Under the pieces are notes generated by a model, which ran no database searches, had not been told where the DNA came from, and saw only the letters and a program-made list of their open reading frames with translations. Shown here one piece after another: positions 1-11,316 of a DNA stretch of 64,000 nt. Both the position numbers and the translations under genes were made by a program. Numbering within the stretch: the stretch's first letter is position 1; the number at the start of each line of letters is the position of its first letter. The DNA is taken from positions 32,550,001 through 32,614,000 of the forward strand of contig CM060733.1 in assembly GCA_030704615.1 (NCBI GenBank), in the 5' to 3' direction. This DNA comes from Takakia lepidozioides (taxonomy: Eukaryota; Plantae; Bryophyta).

Positions 1-689
1 CACCGTCATCTAGAGTTGGAATCTTAGGGGCTTAAAAACTAATATTTGTGCTTTGAGTTGTGTTTATATGAGTAGCACCCAAAATCCTGAGATAAGAGGT
101 CCTCCAGTAAGGTAACTAGACAGTAGGTTGAGTACTGTCCAGTTATCTACTTCATTGGAAACTTCAAGATGCCCAATGGGTGACATTTCTTATGATATTA
201 TTAAGTTCCCACTTTCTTCTCCAAAAATGTGCTCAAGAATTCCGTAAACACCAGATGTTCGCGTACTTATTATTCTGTAAGATGGCGGTTAAATTGCATG
301 ACATTATTGTGCTCTTAAAGACTATTTAATCAGTCTCCATCTTTTTGATGTGAAAGCATTGAGATGATGAGTTCTCATGTCCTCTTGGGTTTCCAAAAGT
401 GATGCATGAACAGGAACACAAGCATATGGCCGTATGAGGTCACGATCTCTTTCACCGGGGTATGCTCTTAATTTGGATTTTGAGTTGGTTGTCTTGAAAA
501 TTGGTTACCCTACTCTAAGCCAAATCTAATGTGGGATTTGGCCAATGACTTTGTCTTATGTAAGTTTCCCATTGGGTGTCACTGTGAAGTCCGATTCTAC
601 TTGAATTAGTAATAGGTTTGAAGCAACTATGTTATGTGAATCGAGATGAAAATGTATCTCATATATTTTTGTTTCATGTGTTGCAAAGC

Positions 690-1421
690 CAATCAAAATA
701 AACTGTTATCCTCCATGAAAAGCTTTCAAAATGAATTCATTCGATAGTTGTAATATCTAGCACATATAACTGGATCGGATCTTATAAGTTCAGTAATATC
801 CCTTGGTTCTAATTTGTCAATAAATATATCGACGTTTGGTTTATGGCTTAGTTCACAATTTCTCTTTAGTACTGGTTTTTATTTATTTTCGGCGGTTGTA
901 AATGTTACGAAAAAAAGTTGGTGGACCGAGTTGACATATCATAGCAGACACTTCTTTGCGTAATCGTTCTAAATGGTCTAGCAATGTTTGATGCCTTACA
1001 ATTCTGTATAGCCTCTAAATCAGACCGAAAAATAATAATTTAATTTAATATAGACACCTCCCCAAGGGAGCCTAAATTATGGTGTCTCTTCACCACAAGG
1101 CTACTGTCTTCCAGCAGACAGAAGAATACTATCTAGATTTGGTTCAATAGCTACGTCGGCTGCTTTTAATGTGAGTCTTGAGTGCAAGTTTCCTTTTCTA
1201 ATATGTATCCAAGATGAAGATAAAACATAGTGTATAAGTATTCTTATTGCTTTAAAAAATATGTTTGGAATACGGGATGCAAAATCATGATTTGTATCTA
1301 ATAATTCCCATTTCACTATTTTATAATATGTTGGTTTTATACGTGACGGTCTTGCAGTCCCAAAAAAAAATTTTGGAAAATGGTACTCTTTACAGTTTCG
1401 ATGGAGAAGATTATACCACAC
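690..1421 (-). mobile_element. Helitron Rep/helicase gene remnant (Helitron_like_N region), with stops and frameshifts
   Basis: Minus-strand translation gives KIVKWELLDTNHDFASRIPNIFFK (ORF 1101-1421), then LERLRKEVSAMICQLGPPTFF/VTFTTAE (~890-975) and ITELIRSDPVICARYYNYRMNSF (~725-800). These match the Helitron motifs AMIRQLGxPTFFxTFS and DPVTCARYF. The region is AT-rich. Confidence 0.8.
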
Positions 1422-1836
1422 CCGTCAAGGTAGCAGGATTTGAACCCAGATTCACCTGGGTGGCTCTGAGTGCTCTATCCAACTAAAGATACAGACCGGT
1501 GGTCACGCTATTGTTAAGTTAAAGAAATGACTGTAAAACAAAACATTATGGACCAAATTAGGAATACAAGAGATTTTGACTGAGTGACTTGAAAGGTGCC
1601 ACTTGGCAAGCGGGGGTGCGTGATATATGAAATCAGACCCCACAGTCGATAAGGGTCTAGTCGTGTAGTCGAGGTGCAGGCAGGTCCGAGCTTGCGAGCT
1701 ATGGATTCTCTGCTGCCCTGCTCCTACTAGACCATGCCAGTGGGTGCGAGATAAAGAAAGAAAGGAAGAGGGAGGGGGACAGCAATCGAAGGGGAGAGGG
1801 AGGAGGGATTGGGAAGGGGGCCACAAGAAGTGGCCC

Positions 1837-3738
1837 ATGGATCACAGTGAGGAGCTGGAGTATGGGGGAAACTTGGATGTGGGAGAGTTTATGGGAGATG
1901 AAGGAGATGGGTTGCAGGACGATGAGCTGAGTGATGACGATATTGATGTGGACGAGCTTGAGAAGAGAATATGGCGGGACAGGTTGCGGCTGAAGCGAAT
2001 CAAGGAAGATCAGAAGCAGAAGGAGGTGGATGAGAGACCCAGGCAGAAGCAGTCACAGGAGCAGGCGCGGCGGAAGAAGATGTCGCGCGCACAGGACGGA
2101 ATTTTGAAGTACATGCTGAAAATGATGGAGGTTTGCAAGGCGCAGGGGTTTGTGTACGGGATTATTCCTGAGAAAGGGAAGCCGGTGAGCGGGGCGTCGG
2201 ACAACATCCGGGCATGGTGGAAGGAGAAAGTGAGATTTGACAGAAATGGTCCAGCAGCCATAGCCAAGTATCAGTCAGAGCATGGGCTGCCTGGGAGACC
2301 CAAAGGTAATCCAAGTGCGGCCCCCACCCCCCACACACTTCAGGAACTGCAGGATACCACACTGGGCTCCCTGCTTTCTGCTCTCATGCAGCACTGCGAC
2401 CCACCGCAGCGGCGATATCCCTTAGAGAAAGGAGTTTCCCCGCCGTGGTGGCCCTCGGGCGAGGAAGAATGGTGGCCTCAAGTGGGGTTACCCGCAGGGC
2501 AAAGGGCGCCACCCTACAAGAAGCCCCATGATTTGAAGAAGGCCTGGAAAGTGGGTGTGCTGACCGCTGTTATTAAACATATCTCACCTGACATTGCGAG
2601 AATTCGGAAGCTTGTGCGGCAGTCAAAGTGCTTGCAAGACAAGATGACTGCAAAGGAAAGTGCAACGTGGCTCTCAGTGTTGAATCAAGAGGAGGCCCTT
2701 GCCCGGCTGGAGAATGGTGCAGGGGGGATGGTCAACAGAGTGGGTACGCAAGGAAACAACAATGCAGGGCGCCTGGCTGTGATCAGTGCTAGTGAGTTTG
2801 ATGTGGAAGGTCTGGATGGTTTTCCGAATGGTGTGTCGCAGAGCGATGATGGTCAGGATGGAGACACTGACGATTACGACCCTTTCAGTGGTAGCCGACC
2901 ATCCTGCTTGACGTCGCAGGTTGGCAGCTGGGGAGGCAGGGATGATGATTCACTGGTTGTAGACTACGACCACTTGTCAGTGAGGTTGCAGGATGGTGAT
3001 ATGTTTGAAGTGGGGAGAACCAAACGAGTATTTGGGGAAGCCTTGATTCCAGAGCAGCGAGTGTATAGGTGTCCTTTTACAGATTGTCAACATAATGAGT
3101 GGCGGCAGGCATTTGCGGATCGAGATTTGAGGAATATGCATCAGGAAACGTGTCCTTTCAGACCTGATGCACAAGGTGCAGCTGGGGCCATGTACTCTGG
3201 GATGGTACTAGGACAACCTTCCCCTCTACATGGCCTTGCTGGGATGGGTCATTTTCAGCCAGGGGGCCTTCCTGGAAATCATAGGGTAGTACAAGGTGCT
3301 CCTGGATTTGCTTCTGCTCCTCTACCAGTGCCACAAACCATGGCAATCAGTGGGAACCAGGTGTTCCATGATTTGTTTGTGGGGTTATATGGGACAAATG
3401 GGCTGCAAGGGGAAAGTTCGTTTGCAGCTGGAAATGTGGGTTCATTGGAAGGTCAAGGGCAGGGAAATCTCCATCTAAAGGTCTATGAAGAAAACTTAGT
3501 GTTCGGACAGGGGTCTGGGGATGGTACGAGTGAAAGTGACATGAGTGTTGAGAACAGTGGCTTGCAGACAGACAGAAAAACTTTTGTCCACCATTTTGAA
3601 CACCAGGGCGATGAGATATCACCCGAATATGATTTTAGCTCCTCCTTTGATATGGGCGTGGAGCCCCCTGGTCCACTTGGGGGCACAGTAGAGTTGAGTG
3701 GCATGGAAGAGGATCTCATCTGGTACTTTGGGGCATAG
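1837..3738 (+). CDS. EIL: ETHYLENE INSENSITIVE 3 / EIN3-like transcription factor, intronless
   Basis: EIN3 domain signature sequences: [117 protein letters not shown]. First ATG is at 1837; the ORF-track start at 1744 is a GTG. Confidence 0.96.
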   Translation: MDHSEELEYGGNLDVGEFMGDEGDGLQDDELSDDDIDVDELEKRIWRDRLRLKRIKEDQKQKEVDERPRQKQSQEQARRKKMSRAQDGILKYMLKMMEVCKAQGFVYGIIPEKGKPVSGASDNIRAWWKEKVRFDRNGPAAIAKYQSEHGLPGRPKGNPSAAPTPHTLQELQDTTLGSLLSALMQHCDPPQRRYPLEKGVSPPWWPSGEEEWWPQVGLPAGQRAPPYKKPHDLKKAWKVGVLTAVIKHISPDIARIRKLVRQSKCLQDKMTAKESATWLSVLNQEEALARLENGAGGMVNRVGTQGNNNAGRLAVISASEFDVEGLDGFPNGVSQSDDGQDGDTDDYDPFSGSRPSCLTSQVGSWGGRDDDSLVVDYDHLSVRLQDGDMFEVGRTKRVFGEALIPEQRVYRCPFTDCQHNEWRQAFADRDLRNMHQETCPFRPDAQGAAGAMYSGMVLGQPSPLHGLAGMGHFQPGGLPGNHRVVQGAPGFASAPLPVPQTMAISGNQVFHDLFVGLYGTNGLQGESSFAAGNVGSLEGQGQGNLHLKVYEENLVFGQGSGDGTSESDMSVENSGLQTDRKTFVHHFEHQGDEISPEYDFSSSFDMGVEPPGPLGGTVELSGMEEDLIWYFGA

Positions 3739-4439
3739 GACAGAAAGTGAACTGACAGATTCCGTCTGCATGTTGGAAGTGGGGTTTGGGATTTAGGAGA
3801 CCTCGTGTGGGCACTAGCCAGCTTTCATCATGATCATCAGTGTTGTTTTTCCTAGCAAGATTTTTGAGTATCCTGGGGTCTCACTCCTCATGGGGCAGCC
3901 TATCAAAGTCAAGGATGCGATTAGAAAGAAGGAAGTGGACCTATTCTGGGCCGGGGTTTGTTCGAAGCCATACCTTGAGCATTGCCAGGGAAGGTTGAGG
4001 CTGCCAGAGATCTGCCTTTGATGGAGATATAGCAACTGTATGATAGCAAGTGCGGTCATTCCTGTATATTATACCATCATTGGTATCTAAATGGGGCAGG
4101 AGGGGTCAGCTCAGCTAAGGTGCAGGATAACAACTTGTTTTCCTGCATGGCTGTTACCTCCTGTGAATGTGTGTAGGTCTTCGAGTGGTTGTAATATATG
4201 CTCTTATTGAATGCCAGTGAGTGCACCCCTTAAGCCAAGATTTTGTTGTGCTATATGTGCTGACCTCTCAGGGGTGTGTAAACGCATGTGAACTCGTTGT
4301 CCAACATTTTTTTAGCTGTTAGTATGCGCCAGTCATGGTAGTAGAGGTAAAATGATGTGCACAACAGTATCTCTTCCTACCAAAATAGATCTCCCAACCT
4401 GCACCTCTTCGCCTCCCTCTCTACCTTGCCTCTCACGTC

Positions 4440-4957
4440 TAAGACTGCCGAAACTTAATGCCAGTAGAGCTTTTCACATTTGAGGGTTTGTACCCAGAAG
4501 ACAATATTATATGATCCTTGTGCCATCATTTGAAACATGCCTTCTTGGAGTGAACTGGGCACACCCCCAATCCAGCTCCAGCATTTGTCAGCCAAGTTGT
4601 ACTTGCTTCAAACTGCCGTGCATTCTCGTCCGCATGTCTTGCCTCCCACTGCACTATGCAAAGGGGGTGTTCTCCAATACAAACTCATGTGCTTGCTCCA
4701 ACACGGTGCATGATAGCTTCACCCTCTTGGAATATTTTGGCAAAACCATGTCCTTGTTCCGCACATGATCTCTTCCTTCCACATTGGAGGGGCCTCTTTG
4801 TCCACCCTTCTCATGTACTCACATAACACCATAGCCTCTTGCAATGTGTACCCCTCCAACATGCTACATGCTACCCTTGGGATGTGCCCTTTGCCGCACG
4901 TGTGCCTTGAGGTCCTTCATGTAACGCTCAAGAAAGTACATCCACCGAGCATTCACT
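4440..4957 (-). mobile_element. CACTA (En/Spm) TnpD transposase fragment (DUF4218 region)
   Basis: ARWMYFLERYMKDLKAHVRQRAHPKGSM*..EGY..QEAMVLCEYM matches the CACTA motif WMYPxERxxxxLKxxVxNxAxPEGSIxExY. Contains stops. Left boundary is approximate. Confidence 0.8.
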
Positions 4958-5010
4958 GAACGATTTACAAAAAGACTGGAGTTCCCTATTTGAGGAAAAT
5001 ATTGGGTCCA

Positions 5011-5122
5011 ACATTGACTGAGATCACCATCCCCAAAGACATCATGGCTGGGAGGACTGTTAGAGGACATTGACTGAGATCACCATCCCCAAAGACATCA
5101 TGGCTGGGAGGACTGTTAGAGG
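5011..5122. repeat. Perfect 56-bp tandem duplication
   Basis: ACATTGACTGAGATCACCATCCCCAAAGACATCATGGCTGGGAGGACTGTTAGAGG occurs at 5011 and again at 5067. Confidence 0.9.
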
Positions 5123-5138
5123 ATGAGCACAGAGCACA

Positions 5139-5529
5139 CCTCATGGTTTTAGTCATGGTTAACGAGAATTACCTACTTTTAGTTAACTAGAACATTTTGG
5201 ATATATATATGTGTATTTTGTGCCCATGAGCCTCTCTCAACTCCATAGCTCTAGGTATTGAGAGGGAGTGTGGTGAGGGCTTTGTAGGGGTGGATTTCCT
5301 TAGCAAGGGTGCCCTTGGCTTGACTTAGTTTATGTGATTGAGTGGATTCATGAGTGAAGTGTTTCCATTGTGTTCGCTTGCTTTATCACTACAAGAAGAT
5401 GACCTTATGCTTGTGAATGCTAAGTGTAAGGGTTAGTATTGCACTTGTGGCATAACTTTCTAGGACTGTGTGCTTAGAATGTGTGTGGACAGCGATGTAT
5501 GTTTTGGCACGATGCTTAGGTGCACGACA
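5139..5529 (+). mobile_element. Diverged solo terminal-repeat unit (A-then-B order) related to the Gypsy family at 8152/20525
   Basis: TGGATTTCC..GGGTGCCCTTGGCTTGACTT and GCTTTATCA resemble repeat A. The unit ends in GCACGACA (5529), the same terminus as repeat B. The left boundary is uncertain. Confidence 0.5.
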
Positions 5530-6225
5530 CACAGTTAGCAATCAACAAACTCAGCAGGTCACTAATTTCAACCTGTCTTCTAGAGAAGCAGAAGGTTAGC
5601 CTTGGCTAAGATGACAAAACCTACATGAAAGTGAGCGTATATCTAGAAGTGAAGTCTTGCCTCCAAATGTCCGCACTGTCCATCGACACAAATCCCCAAA
5701 CAAACTGCCATGCACTCTGATAACGGCTAAGCTACAAGGGCCAGCGAGGGTCACGACGGGACCACATTCTAGAAGCATCACATTAGATAAGCAAACTAGT
5801 AGTGCTAAGCAAACTGGTTGGGTATGCACTAGTGGAGCACTGTTGTTATATGCTAGAAAGGGGGGCCGTGATGACAATTGAGAGTCCAAAAAGTCGCTTG
5901 ATGGGGAGCATATTGGTGCCGTGATGCATTCTCGGTTGGCGTAGGGGTGAGCTGCAGTTGAGTGTATGTTCATTAGCTGTGACAGCATTGCGCTTGAGCT
6001 TGCTGGGATAGCTCTCCCTTCAAGTGTGAGGAGATGAAGGGGCCTATCATTGTTTTGAAACTACAAAAGTTATATACATACTGACTAGCGTATCATTTAC
6101 TTCTCTCAAGCAGACTCCCTTGGAAACAGTAGCTTTACAGAGCCTGCATACACATGACACAGTCTTTCCTTACTGTAGCTGGCTACACTCGCTATGGACT
6201 AGATAGTGGCTGCGAGGAGCCCTGC

Positions 6226-6298
6226 TACCGCTAATAGTAGGGGCTCCGTATATACGGAGCGCGACGAGGTATATACGAAGCCCCTACTATTAACGGTA
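6226..6298. repeat. 30-bp inverted repeat (hairpin) with a nested palindrome
   Basis: TACCGCTAATAGTAGGGGCTCCGTATATAC (6226-6255) pairs with 6269-6298 at 28/30 positions. Nested palindrome GCTCCGTATATACGGAGC at 6243-6260. Confidence 0.8.
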
Positions 6299-7619
6299 CA
6301 CGCAGGCACTATCTGACGTAGCAGTAGAGGGCAGCTTGCAAGCTGCTACCGACCTACCCATTTTCAACCTACTTGATAAACTTTTAGGGTTTCTACCAGG
6401 TTCTTACCATTCATTTGCACTAGTTTTGTGTTTCGCTCAGCTTGTTTCCCACTTGTCTATTTGTGGTTGTGTACGTATGCGATGGATGTGCCATTGAGCA
6501 CTGAACATCTGTCTATACTTCACGCAGTTCTCATTGCTGAATTCCCTGACCTTGTAAAACCTCCTCTTTGTTCTCTTCGCAATGTTCCCAGCTTTGATCT
6601 GATTGCTGATTGTGTTAAGGAGAATGAGGGTGTCATTCTTAGAAAGAAGAGAAAGAATGAGAGTGGTGAATCAATTTGCTGCCTTTGTGGGGAAGATTTG
6701 TTTGATGACACACTCATGAAAGGATAAGGGAAGGACCATATCGCATCTTTACATAAGACACACAACTGTGCTTTAAATCTACATCTAGAATATTCATCTA
6801 GCTATGAGGGTAAATCACTCTCACCTTGGCCCAATTATAGGCCGATTGCCCAATGTAGTTATAGCCACGGGATGCAAAGAAGGGAAGCGAGAAAATTGCC
6901 CAACACCAGGCCGCATGATACCTGCCGTGGACCATTTACCTGCAAGGTACCTCGTTCTAATACCACCTAGAAGGTAGGTATAAGTAACAACAGGTTGGTC
7001 GTAAATCATAACCGCATTGGTCCTGCATTGTCCCATATCGATTGCCCGTAGTCTAGACATCACGCAGGATTAGCAGATGGGGTCTACGGGAGGTAAGTCG
7101 GGGTGGTGGAGGCCTATAGTAGGGCTCAACCCTATTTTAAGTAATTCCGGACTTTTGGCTTAAATCCGGACCAAACTTAATATATAACATAATTAAAACT
7201 AATTCAGGTATTAATAATAATATCGTGGAATATTGAGTCATTTAACTTGTGAAGTTGCACAATCCCATTCATGTAACATCGAATGGTAAGTCAAATGACG
7301 TACTTTACATCAGAAAATTATAAAGGGAAGATCGATTGAATGAAGTTATTAATAAATTGATAGATGTATAACATAAACAGATGATTCAAGAAGATAATAT
7401 ACAAATGAAATGTAAACATCCATACCATGCTTACAGTATAGTAGTACCATAAACCAATGTATTGCAAGTTTTCAATTGATGGATTAAAACGTTGAATGGA
7501 ATAAGGTTGGATTTCAATGAAACATGTGAATTATGTTTCAAAATATTTAGGGATCATTCCGATGTTCATATGACATCCAAATATTGTGGAAGAGTGTCAT
7601 GTAGATTCAACTATAAAGT

Positions 7620-8151
7620 CATTGAACCAAGCTGGAATTAGGTTTTAGGTTATAGAGTTTTCTAGGGTATATTGAAACATAGTATTCGGTATGAATGGAA
7701 AAGAAAATATGGGAAAGTGTACAGATGACTTGGCACCTATGAAACTTTGTTAATGAAATATCCCAACCACATATTGTATCCAAATTTATATGAGGAATGT
7801 GAATCAAATAGTGGAGTTTGGTTTAGGGTTTAGGGTTTTAGAAAACTGTAAATGGACAAACAATTATGGAGTTTGAGTCTTTACCCATACGTAGATTAAT
7901 TCATGAAATATTATCCCCACCACTTCGACCGTACCCAAAATTGGAAGTAATAAATAAATAAGCATCAAACATTGAAATTAGGTTTTAGGGTATAGAGTTT
8001 GCGAGGGTACTAACCATAATACTCGGTATGAATGGAAAAGAAAATATTGGGAAGGGTACAGATGACTTGTCACCTATGATTTAGGGTAGGGAATAAAATT
8101 TCCCAACCACAGATTGTATCTAATCTATGAAGAATGCGCATCAAACAATGG
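7620..8151. repeat. AT-rich degenerate tandem repeat (~340-bp unit) with TTTAGGG telomere-like motifs; resumes at 19219-~19600 after the Gypsy insertion
   Basis: The blocks GAATTAGGTTTTAGG, ATGAATGGAAAAGAAAATAT, CCCAACCAC and AAATGGACAAACAATTATGGA recur at ~7630, ~7975 and ~19260-19600. Confidence 0.7.
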
Positions 8152-8468
8152 TGTCAAGTTATCTTACCACTAGTGTGAAACTAGCTAGGAAATAACTAGC
8201 TTTTACATATTGACATTTGGGATTGGCCCAAGTGTCAATCCAGGGGTCAAGGCATATTTAGGCACTGGAGTGGTTATCTTCACGGCAAGCGCGGGAGGCT
8301 CATCTTTCTCGAGTTGAGCCTCACCGCGCCTAGCTATGGCGCCGTAGTGTGGATTCCCCATGGCGTGGGGTGCACTTAGCTTGACTTGTATTTGAGTGAT
8401 GAGGTTATATATGCATGAGTTTATGCTTCAGCTTTGTGAGCTCGTGCTTGTATTCTTCTTCTTTATCA
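8152..8468 (+). repeat. Terminal repeat segment A1
   Basis: TGTCAAGTT...TTCTTTATCA. Near-identical to 18722-19041 and 20525-20850. Confidence 0.9.
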
Positions 8469-8484
8469 CTCGAGAAAGACGAGC
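8469..8484 (+). promoter_or_regulatory. Primer-binding site complementary to LTR sequence 8298-8313 (putative self-priming)
   Basis: CTCGAGAAAGACGAGC pairs with GCTCATCTTTCTCGAG at 15/16 here and 16/16 in copy 2. There is no TGG tRNA-type PBS. Confidence 0.7.
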
Positions 8485-9919
8485 TCGTATTTGTGAGTGC
8501 CAGATACGAGTTAGTTATAGCACTTGTGGTTTTTGCTTGAGAATGAAAGAAACCAGGTTATTATGCAATGAGCACCGTGGAGCTCTTGGTTGTTAGAAGC
8601 GGAGGCGATGTGGGTTACGAGGTAGTAGACCTTGGCATTCAATCTTCAGCTTCAGAGATAAAAGCACCATGCTGCAGGTAATTCTAGAGCACCTTGATGG
8701 TTTCAGATTGTGTACATGCATGAGCAAGCACGATTGGGAAGAGGACCAGTCAAGAGCATGTTAGAGTGGCTTTGGTGACAAAGCTGAGAACTGGACTTGG
8801 GAATGCGAGTTTTCATCGTGTGAAGGATTACAAGACCAAGCAAAAGGGCTGATTTGGCTTGGGGCAAATCAGTGCACTTTGTGGAATATGTTGAGATTGG
8901 GTTTCAATCTCGAGCTTCAGCATTGAGAGGGCTCTTGTCATGGCAAGAGGAGGGCTGGAATAGGAGCTAAGAGGTGCGGCAAGGCCATGGAATGTGCACC
9001 TAGGGTTTTAGAGCTTGGAAAAAGAGCTCTTGCACCACAAGAGGAGTGTCTTATGGCTGGAAATGTAAGCCTTAGGGTTTCAGGAGCTTGGCAAGGGCTG
9101 TGGAGTGCTTAGTCTTGTCTTAGAGAGCATCAAGGAGCCAAAGAGCCAAGATAGGGGGCTGATATTACCTCTTGTGTGAAGAGGATGCATGTGTGGAGCA
9201 TGCATGCAGCCCATTGAAGCTTCCATCTTCAAGCTTGGAGGGCAAGCAAGGAAGAGGGAAGGGCTGACTTCTCTTATGTGAGGGCAACGCATGTGTGGAG
9301 CATGCTTTCAGCCCATCGAAGGCTTGTACTTTCAGGTTTGGGAGTGCAAGAAAGAAAGCAAAGGGGCTGATTCTCTTGTGGTGAGAGTGGGGTATGTGTG
9401 GAGCATGCCTTCAGTCCATTGGGCTTTTGTTTTCAAGCTTTAGAGAGCTAGAATGGAAGGGCTAGGGCTGGTTCCCACTTGGGTGAAAGAAAAACACTTG
9501 TAGGGCATATGTGAGGTGGGGTTTCAACCTCAAGCCTAGATAGAACATGGCTCTTGAAGTGGCAGGTGTAGGGGGCTGGAATAGGCTCTAAGACAGATGC
9601 TATGGCCAAGGAAAAAGGAAAAATGAATGAGTGCTCACAAGGGCTGGAAACCAGCAAGGCTTGGTTGTTTGTCATTGAGTTTAGTGGCGTGTTTGGGGAG
9701 TCTAAGTGAGAAAGAAGGCTTGGTTTGTGGCAACCATCTTCCTCATGGCTTAGGGCTACTATTGGTGGTGTGTGGGAGCCGAAAGAGCAAGAATACCTTG
9801 CTGATTTCTTCATAGCCGCCATAGCTCGGTGCAAAGAAGCCTAGAGTCCAAGAGACACAAACCCTAGCTTGGCGTGGCTAAACCCTTGGAGAAATGGCTA
9901 AACTGCCATGAGTGGCCAT

Positions 9920-10400
9920 GGATGGGGCTGTGACGGGCTGTGGCATGTAGGGCCGTGATCCTGTGACTTGTGTAGGGTTGTGATGGGCTGTGATAGGTGG
10001 CCTGTGGGGCTGTGACGGGCTGTGATGGGCTGTGAGGGGCTGTGACAGGGTGTGCCCTGTGGGCTGTGGGGCTGTGAGGAGTTGTGATGGGCTGTGAGGG
10101 GCTGTGACAAGCTATGCCATGTGGCCTGTGGGGCTGTGACAGGATGTGCCATGTGGCCTGTGGGGTTGTGAGGGGCTGTGACAGGCTGTGGCCTTTGGGG
10201 CTGTGACCCCTATGACCTTTATAAGGCTGTGACAGGCTGTGCCTGTGGCCTTTGGGGTTGTGATGGGCTGTGACAGGCTGTGACCTGTGGCCTTGGGGGC
10301 TGTGACAAGTTGTGACCTGTGGCTTTTGGGGCTGTGACGGGCTGTGGCTTGTGTGGGGCTGTGACGGATGATCTGTGTGGGCCTGTGCTGGTCTGTGGTG
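9920..10400 (+). repeat. GGGCTGTGAC-type minisatellite in the retrotransposon 5' leader (copy 1)
   Basis: Dozens of degenerate GGGCTGTGA(C/G/T) units. The homologous, longer array is at ~22385-23180. Confidence 0.9.
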
Positions 10401-11316
10401 GCCCGTGTTGACCTGTGGACGGCCTGTGCTGACTCGTGGAGGCACTGGTGGACTGCCTAAGGACTGGCATGTGGTCTTGAAGGCCAAATTTTGAAGCTCG
10501 TGGAGGGCGGTTTGAGGAGTATCTTCATGATATTCTCATGGTCATGCAAATGAGGGAAGAGATGAGAAAAAGAGTGTTGGGATGAGGGCATGTTGGGGTT
10601 AGGCATTGCTTTAGCTTCTCTTCCTCATAGTTTTCCACCCTCTCATTAGGCCAAGACCTTTCCGTAGGTGGAGGCAAGAGTCAGTCCGGGTTTGGGCTAG
10701 GGTGTCCTTGCAGAAGCAACACCATGGAGTTGTTTTTGGTGTGGGGGAGTTGTCGTTCTGATTTCTTGTGTTTGGATCCTCTCCATACCTGCATGCTTGA
10801 CTGTGCGTCATGTTAGTTTTGTGTGGGCGCTTGTTTTTATAGGTGATTGGTCCGGATTTGATCACCCGCCAGTCCAAGAGCATGTTGTCGATGGTGAGGC
10901 TGGGGTGATGACCAGTCATACCATCATTGTTTCTCCTATGGTGAGGTTGGAGGTAATGACCAGCCAACCATAGGAGTGCTTGCGGTGGATGCAGGTGCAT
11001 GTGTAGGCTATGTTAGGAACCTAGTATTCCAAACCATAAGCCGCAACAGGTTCTCTACCTGGTTACCTTGTGGAGAGGGGGTTAGGGACATGTTCATGAC
11101 CGGTTGAGTGACAGTTTGTCAACACGGAGGTGCCACTAGTTGCTGGGGACAGTGCCGGTTCGAGCACTACCGATACTAGTGGATACGCGAGACGAGGTGT
11201 GCGGTTTAGGCCACCTTCACCTCCTGTGTCTTCTACGGAAGGTTCTGATTCGGATTGTGAATCAGGAGGACTCACACCGGCGGTGCAAGTTGTTTCCTTG
11301 CCATTGTTGTGGGACA

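Noticed and set aside
1744-1836. N-terminal extension of the EIL ORF
   Set aside because: It starts at GTG in a GA-rich leader; ATG 1837 is the plausible start.
7815-7840. TTTAGGG runs as a telomere (also ~19235-19256)
   Set aside because: Only 2-3 units embedded in a longer degenerate repeat.
9864-10487. His/Ser/Pro/Gln-rich minus-strand ORFs (also 22781-23239)
   Set aside because: These are translations of the GGGCTGTGA minisatellite with no domain signal.
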